From: an uncultured Clostridia bacterium
GTDB lineage: Bacteria; Bacillota; Clostridia; Christensenellales; UBA1242
Length of the DNA stretch: 64,000 bases
Direction: 5' to 3'
Assembly (NCBI GenBank): GCA_944377455.1
Contig: CALWEZ010000001.1
Span: 4,894 to 68,893, forward strand
The notes under the pieces were generated by a model that was not told where the DNA came from, did no database searches, and saw only the letters and a program-made list of their open reading frames with translations. The stretch's first letter is position 1; each line of letters opens with the position of its first letter. The position numbers and the translations under genes are program-made. Positions 60,218-64,000 of this stretch are shown one piece after another.

Positions 60218-61441
60218 TTATTGTTTTTCTTTTCCATTAAGCCCAAGTTCCAAGGCATTCACAAAGAAATCGGCACGGCTTGAGATATATTCTTTAAACA
60301 TATCCGCTTCTTCCTTAGTTAAAAGCGGTTCATCGCATTTTGTGTAGGCATCGACAAGATTTGTCAATCTTCCTTCTTTCATTGCAAGTTTCAAACTTTC
60401 AAAAAATTCTTTAGCGTCTTCTGGGTATTTGCTCATAATAAATCTGACATTTTCTTCGCTGGTGGCGGTGGAATAACTTTTTGCTAATTCATTTATCGGC
60501 GTTTTACTTTTTTCTAATTTTTTCTCGATATAATTTTTATCCCACTTTACAATCACTTCCAATTCTTCGTCAGGCGGCATAAAATCTAATTTAGTTTTAA
60601 TGAGAGAATTAAAACATTCGCCATAGTCAAAGTTAGGAGCATACATAATTGTGTGCGCTTTGCTGTCGTAACATAGTCCGCTGTTCATGTCAGTGAAATC
60701 ACAGTCGCCGATAAACTCGCGCAAAAGATATGAGCGGACAATTCGACTTTCAATTTTTTTAATTTGGTCAACAAATTTTTCCTTTGACATATATTGAAGT
60801 GCAATGTCCATTTTAGAAACAACAAAATCTCTTAAACTTTCAATCCAAGTTTTAACAAGCAGTGGCTTACTTGGGTCGCTTGAAAATCTAAGATGTGCCA
60901 TTTGAATACTCTCTTCAAAAGAAACAAGCCTATCGCCAGAATATGCTTGCGACAAACTTTCGTTTTCCAAAGTTGCAGGCTTTAAAAAATCGATGGAGAC
61001 AATGCCATATTTTTGCAGTTTTTTCAAATCTCTATCATTTAAGTGACGAACAATGTCTTTGTATTTTGGATTTTTTGGATTGAACTCCACAATATAATTG
61101 TAAGAAGTTGGCAAATCAAGCGCCATGGCGATGCGCATGCCCAAGTTTTCGGCAATCGCTGAATATTTTGCGTAGCACGGCTTAAATGTTGCAGAAATTG
61201 TTCTAGGCAGGTCTTGCTCTGTTATAGGCAAAATTTTCCCGTTTTCATCGGTGTTGCCATAAATCTTGTTGTCGTAACAGGTCCAAACACAAGATTTATT
61301 ACCTTGTTTTATTGCATTGTTTATCTCATCAAGTGGAAGGTTTTTTGAAGGAACTTGTCCCCAAATATTCATACTTCTCCCACCAGAATGACCCCATCCT
61401 TCAACAGATTTAAAGGTTATTTCAAGTTTAGGCACTTTCAT
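60218..61441 (-). CDS. Hypothetical protein (407 aa) with HipA-like / atypical-kinase-like catalytic motifs
   Basis: RBS AGGAG. FIGDCDFTDMNSGL followed 19 residues later by YAPNFDYG resembles the HipA catalytic loop (D.H.KN) and the (L)AP.YD Mg-binding motif. Assigned by eye only. Confidence 0.3.
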   Translation of the reverse strand: MKVPKLEITFKSVEGWGHSGGRSMNIWGQVPSKNLPLDEINNAIKQGNKSCVWTCYDNKIYGNTDENGKILPITEQDLPRTISATFKPCYAKYSAIAENLGMRIAMALDLPTSYNYIVEFNPKNPKYKDIVRHLNDRDLKKLQKYGIVSIDFLKPATLENESLSQAYSGDRLVSFEESIQMAHLRFSSDPSKPLLVKTWIESLRDFVVSKMDIALQYMSKEKFVDQIKKIESRIVRSYLLREFIGDCDFTDMNSGLCYDSKAHTIMYAPNFDYGECFNSLIKTKLDFMPPDEELEVIVKWDKNYIEKKLEKSKTPINELAKSYSTATSEENVRFIMSKYPEDAKEFFESLKLAMKEGRLTNLVDAYTKCDEPLLTKEEADMFKEYISSRADFFVNALELGLNGKEKQ

Positions 61442-61527
61442 AATTTTTCTCCTATAACTATTTTAACACAAATAATTATAATTTGCAATACAAAAGTTTA
61501 AAAACAACATTTTTTTTGCAATATCTC

Positions 61528-61556
61528 TTGACAAGTGGCATATAATGGACTATAAT
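61528..61556 (+). promoter_or_regulatory. Consensus promoter of tRNA-fMet
   Basis: TTGACA, 17-nt spacer, TATAAT. It ends 13 nt upstream of the first tRNA nucleotide. Confidence 0.7.
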
Positions 61557-61569
61557 AGTAATGTTTTGA

Positions 61570-61646
61570 CGCGAGGTAGAGCAGTTCGGAAGCTCGTCGG
61601 GCTCATAACCCGAAGGTCGTTGGTTCAAATCCAACCCTCGCAACCA
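61570..61646 (+). tRNA. Initiator tRNA-fMet (anticodon CAT), CCA encoded
   Basis: CGCGAGGTAGAGCAGTTCGGAAGCTCGTCGGGCTCATAACCCGAAGGTCGTTGGTTCAAATCCAACCCTCGCAACCA. It has the C1-A72 mismatch and three consecutive G-C pairs in the anticodon stem (GGG/CCC), both initiator hallmarks. Confidence 0.93.
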
Positions 61647-61651
61647 AGTGG

Positions 61652-61678
61652 AAGTTAGGTCATGCACCTAACTTTTTT
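61652..61678 (+). terminator. Rho-independent terminator after tRNA-fMet
   Basis: AAGTTAGGT-catgc-ACCTAACTT followed by a T6 run. Confidence 0.8.
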
Positions 61679-61760
61679 GTTTTATGTATAAATTTCTAAA
61701 TAAAAAATGCAGAATTTTTATTCTGCGTTTTGTTTAATACAAAAATATACTTGATAATTA

Positions 61761-62543
61761 TCAATACAAAATAATCGCGATGGAAAGGATAAGATAGACG
61801 CAGTATAGCATCACATTAATTCGCCTTTCCTTTGTGTAGATGCAGGTGAGCATATAAGAGGCAAGGGCGAGGCAGGCAATCATATAAAGGATGGACGCGG
61901 CGTTAAGCGAGTAAATTGCAACGGACACAATTTGCCCTAAAAGCATGCCGGCGCCGACATAGGAAAGGGTGTTGGAAACGACATCAAACACATTTGCCTT
62001 TTTGTCTTTTAAGTAGGTTATCGAAAGTCCGATAATTCCCATAGGTAAACCTGCAAGCATGCCGAACGGAGAAAGTTTGCCTAGATATAGCCCTGCGAAT
62101 GCGATAAAGAATGCCGATAGAAAGAGCGCTAAACTCTCAAAGAGCCTACCATCACTTTCGTAAAATCGAAGAAGAGTGAGATTTTTCTTATTTTTCACTT
62201 TCCTAGTTTTTTTGCCAATTTGCTCTTTTTGCTCTTCATTTTGTGTTACAGCCGTTAAATCATAGTCACGTAGGCGTTTTTGATATTCCACATCGCTTTC
62301 GCTTATCTTGGATTTAAAATCGAAGAGAGTGAGAAACAGCGGAGCAAGTGAAATCATTGAGATGATAGAAAAGCCGAAGAAGTTGTTGTTGTAGTTCGCA
62401 CTCAGTATCATGGTCACAGCAAGGGCAACAATCGTCAGCGACGAGAAAAGGATGTAATAAAAACCTCTCTTTTTGGTGAAAGAAGAGATAACGATAAGTA
62501 TTGCACTTGCCACAAACAAGATGATAACCGACGCCAATAACAT
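61761..62543 (-). CDS. Hypothetical polytopic membrane protein (about 260 aa)
   Basis: ATG at 62543 (MLLASVIILF) is preferred over the track's TTG at 62591, which would overlap a TTGCAA...TATAAT promoter-like sequence. About 7 hydrophobic segments with a charged central loop. No family recognised. Confidence 0.6.
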   Translation of the reverse strand: MLLASVIILFVASAILIVISSFTKKRGFYYILFSSLTIVALAVTMILSANYNNNFFGFSIISMISLAPLFLTLFDFKSKISESDVEYQKRLRDYDLTAVTQNEEQKEQIGKKTRKVKNKKNLTLLRFYESDGRLFESLALFLSAFFIAFAGLYLGKLSPFGMLAGLPMGIIGLSITYLKDKKANVFDVVSNTLSYVGAGMLLGQIVSVAIYSLNAASILYMIACLALASYMLTCIYTKERRINVMLYCVYLILSIAIILY

Positions 62544-62612
62544 ATTTTTATTATAAACAAAAAAAATAAAATTGCAAAGTATTTTTAGCAATTTTATTTT
62601 TTTGCTTAGATA

Positions 62613-64000
62613 TTATAATTTTGGCATTTTAAAAGAGTCTTTAAGTGTGATAGTTCTGTTAAAAATTAAGTTGTCTTTTGTGGAATCAGTGTCAAGTGTG
62701 AAATATCCATTTCTAACAAATTGATATCTCTCATTTTTATCAAAATCAATATCTTCAACATAGCAATTTGTGAGTGTTGTTAAAGAGTTTGGGTTAATTC
62801 TAACACCGTCAGTGTCTGATTCATTTTTTTCCACGCTTTCGCTATCCTCTTCTGAAACAAGGTTTTCAAAAAGGCGACAGGTAACTTTTTTTGAGTGGTG
62901 TGGGTTAACAAAATGAATTGTTCCTTTTATCTTTCTGTTTGCGCCTTCTGTGCCAGATTTTGTGTCTTTATCATAAGTTGCATAAATTGTGGTTACATTG
63001 CCATTTTCGTCCTCATCAAAGCCTGTGCATTTAATAATGTAAGCACCTTTAAGGCGGACTTCATTTCTAACAAATAAACGGAAAAATTTTGGAATTGGCT
63101 CTTTTAAGAAATCACTTCTCTCAACCACAAGTTCTTTTCCAAAATAGTGTTTATGTTTTTCTGTGTTACCTTCAATTTGAGGATAATCCTCTGTGAAAAT
63201 TTCCTCATCATCGCCTTCATAATTGGTGATAATAAGTTTAACTGGGTCAAGGACAGCCATAACACGTCTTGCCCTTTTATTTAAGGTTTCACGGATGAAA
63301 TAGTCCAAAAAGGCTCTGTCAACAACGGATGTGTTAACCTTTGAAACACCTGTTGCATAAACAAAATTTTTAAGACTTTCTGGTAAAACTCCACGGCGTC
63401 TAAGCCCTGCAATGGTGTAAAGTCTTGGGTCGTCAAAGCCTGTCACAACTCCATCATTAACAAGTTTTTTGATATTTCTTTTGCCAAGAATTGTTCCACT
63501 TAGATATAAATTTGTGTATTCAATCTGCCTGGATTTATTTTTAAGTCCGCTGTTTTCAACTACCCAATTGTAAAGTGGGCGGTGGTCCTCAAATTCTGGT
63601 CCACAAATTGAGTGAGTAACACCTTCCAAGCAATCGTCAAGAGGGTGAGAGAAGTCATAAGATGGATAAATTTTCCATTTATTGCCAATTCTGTGGTGAG
63701 TTGTGTATTGAATTCTGTATATAACTGGGTCACGCATATTCATGTTTGGACTTGCCATATCAATTTTTGCCCTCAAACATCTTGAACCAGCAGGAAATTT
63801 TCCTTCTTTCATTTCTTCAAAAAGTTTCAAGTTTTCCTCAACAGAACGATTTCTGTAAGGACTTTCTTTTCCTGGCTCAGTGAGAGTCCCACGATATCTT
63901 GAAAGTTCTTCTGGTGACAAATCACAAACATAAGCTTTGCCTTCTTTAATAAGTTTCACGGCAATTTCATAGTTTTTTTCAAAATAATCTGTGGCATAGT
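62613..64000 (-). CDS. glnS: Glutaminyl-tRNA synthetase (N-terminal part lies outside the window)
   Basis: The reading frame stays open beyond the track's GTG to nt 64000 (...YATDYFEKNYEIAVKLIKEGKAYVCDLS). SPYRNRSVEENL, MRDPVIYRI and YPSYDFSHPL.D..EG.THS are GlnRS catalytic-core motifs. A C-terminal anticodon-binding beta-barrel is present. Confidence 0.88.
   Translation of the reverse strand, partial: YATDYFEKNYEIAVKLIKEGKAYVCDLSPEELSRYRGTLTEPGKESPYRNRSVEENLKLFEEMKEGKFPAGSRCLRAKIDMASPNMNMRDPVIYRIQYTTHHRIGNKWKIYPSYDFSHPLDDCLEGVTHSICGPEFEDHRPLYNWVVENSGLKNKSRQIEYTNLYLSGTILGKRNIKKLVNDGVVTGFDDPRLYTIAGLRRRGVLPESLKNFVYATGVSKVNTSVVDRAFLDYFIRETLNKRARRVMAVLDPVKLIITNYEGDDEEIFTEDYPQIEGNTEKHKHYFGKELVVERSDFLKEPIPKFFRLFVRNEVRLKGAYIIKCTGFDEDENGNVTTIYATYDKDTKSGTEGANRKIKGTIHFVNPHHSKKVTCRLFENLVSEEDSESVEKNESDTDGVRINPNSLTTLTNCYVEDIDFDKNERYQFVRNGYFTLDTDSTKDNLIFNRTITLKDSFKMPKL

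Overview
The window is a low-GC, Bacillota-like (Clostridia-type) chromosomal segment read with the standard code; no TGA recoding is needed. Gene order supports this: holB-yaaT(ricT)-yabB-like, comEC-holA, and gyrB...gyrA. All genes from 1 to 48.3 kb lie on the + strand. Nearly all genes from 48.4 to 64 kb lie on the - strand, and the two blocks converge at a bidirectional terminator near 48.36 kb.

Housekeeping content:
- Five aminoacyl-tRNA synthetases: gltX (partial), lysS, metG, hisS and glnS (partial).
- rplS, uppP, a Ca2+-type P-type ATPase, holA, holB, comEC, a HelD-like helicase, gyrA and gyrB.
- tRNA-Leu(CAG) and an initiator tRNA-fMet.

Non-housekeeping content:
1. An 18.9-kb gene encodes a 6301-aa secreted, tail-anchored mosaic adhesin-like protein.
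2. A two-gene unit (322 aa + 1971 aa) encodes membrane-anchored proteins. The large one is built from a 445-aa module with a near-identical 655-bp intragenic duplication.
3. An orphan 937-aa bitopic membrane protein.
4. The most unusual feature is a family of intergenic tandem units, each AGTGAAG plus a 7-bp-stem hairpin. Stem sequences differ between units but keep their complementarity. The family fills the intergenic DNA at 34.2-35.3 kb and 38.3-39.3 kb, includes a 50-bp inverted pair (49/50) bracketing the 937-aa gene plus tRNA-Leu, and is accompanied by a second structured repeat type flanking the tRNA.
5. A DnaA-box cluster between helD and hisS.
6. A three-gene insertion between gyrB and gyrA, including two tandem MazG-like paralogs.

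I found no integrase, transposase, cas gene, CRISPR array, rRNA or recognisable riboswitch/T-box. All calls come from reading the sequence and from motif memory; no database search was run.
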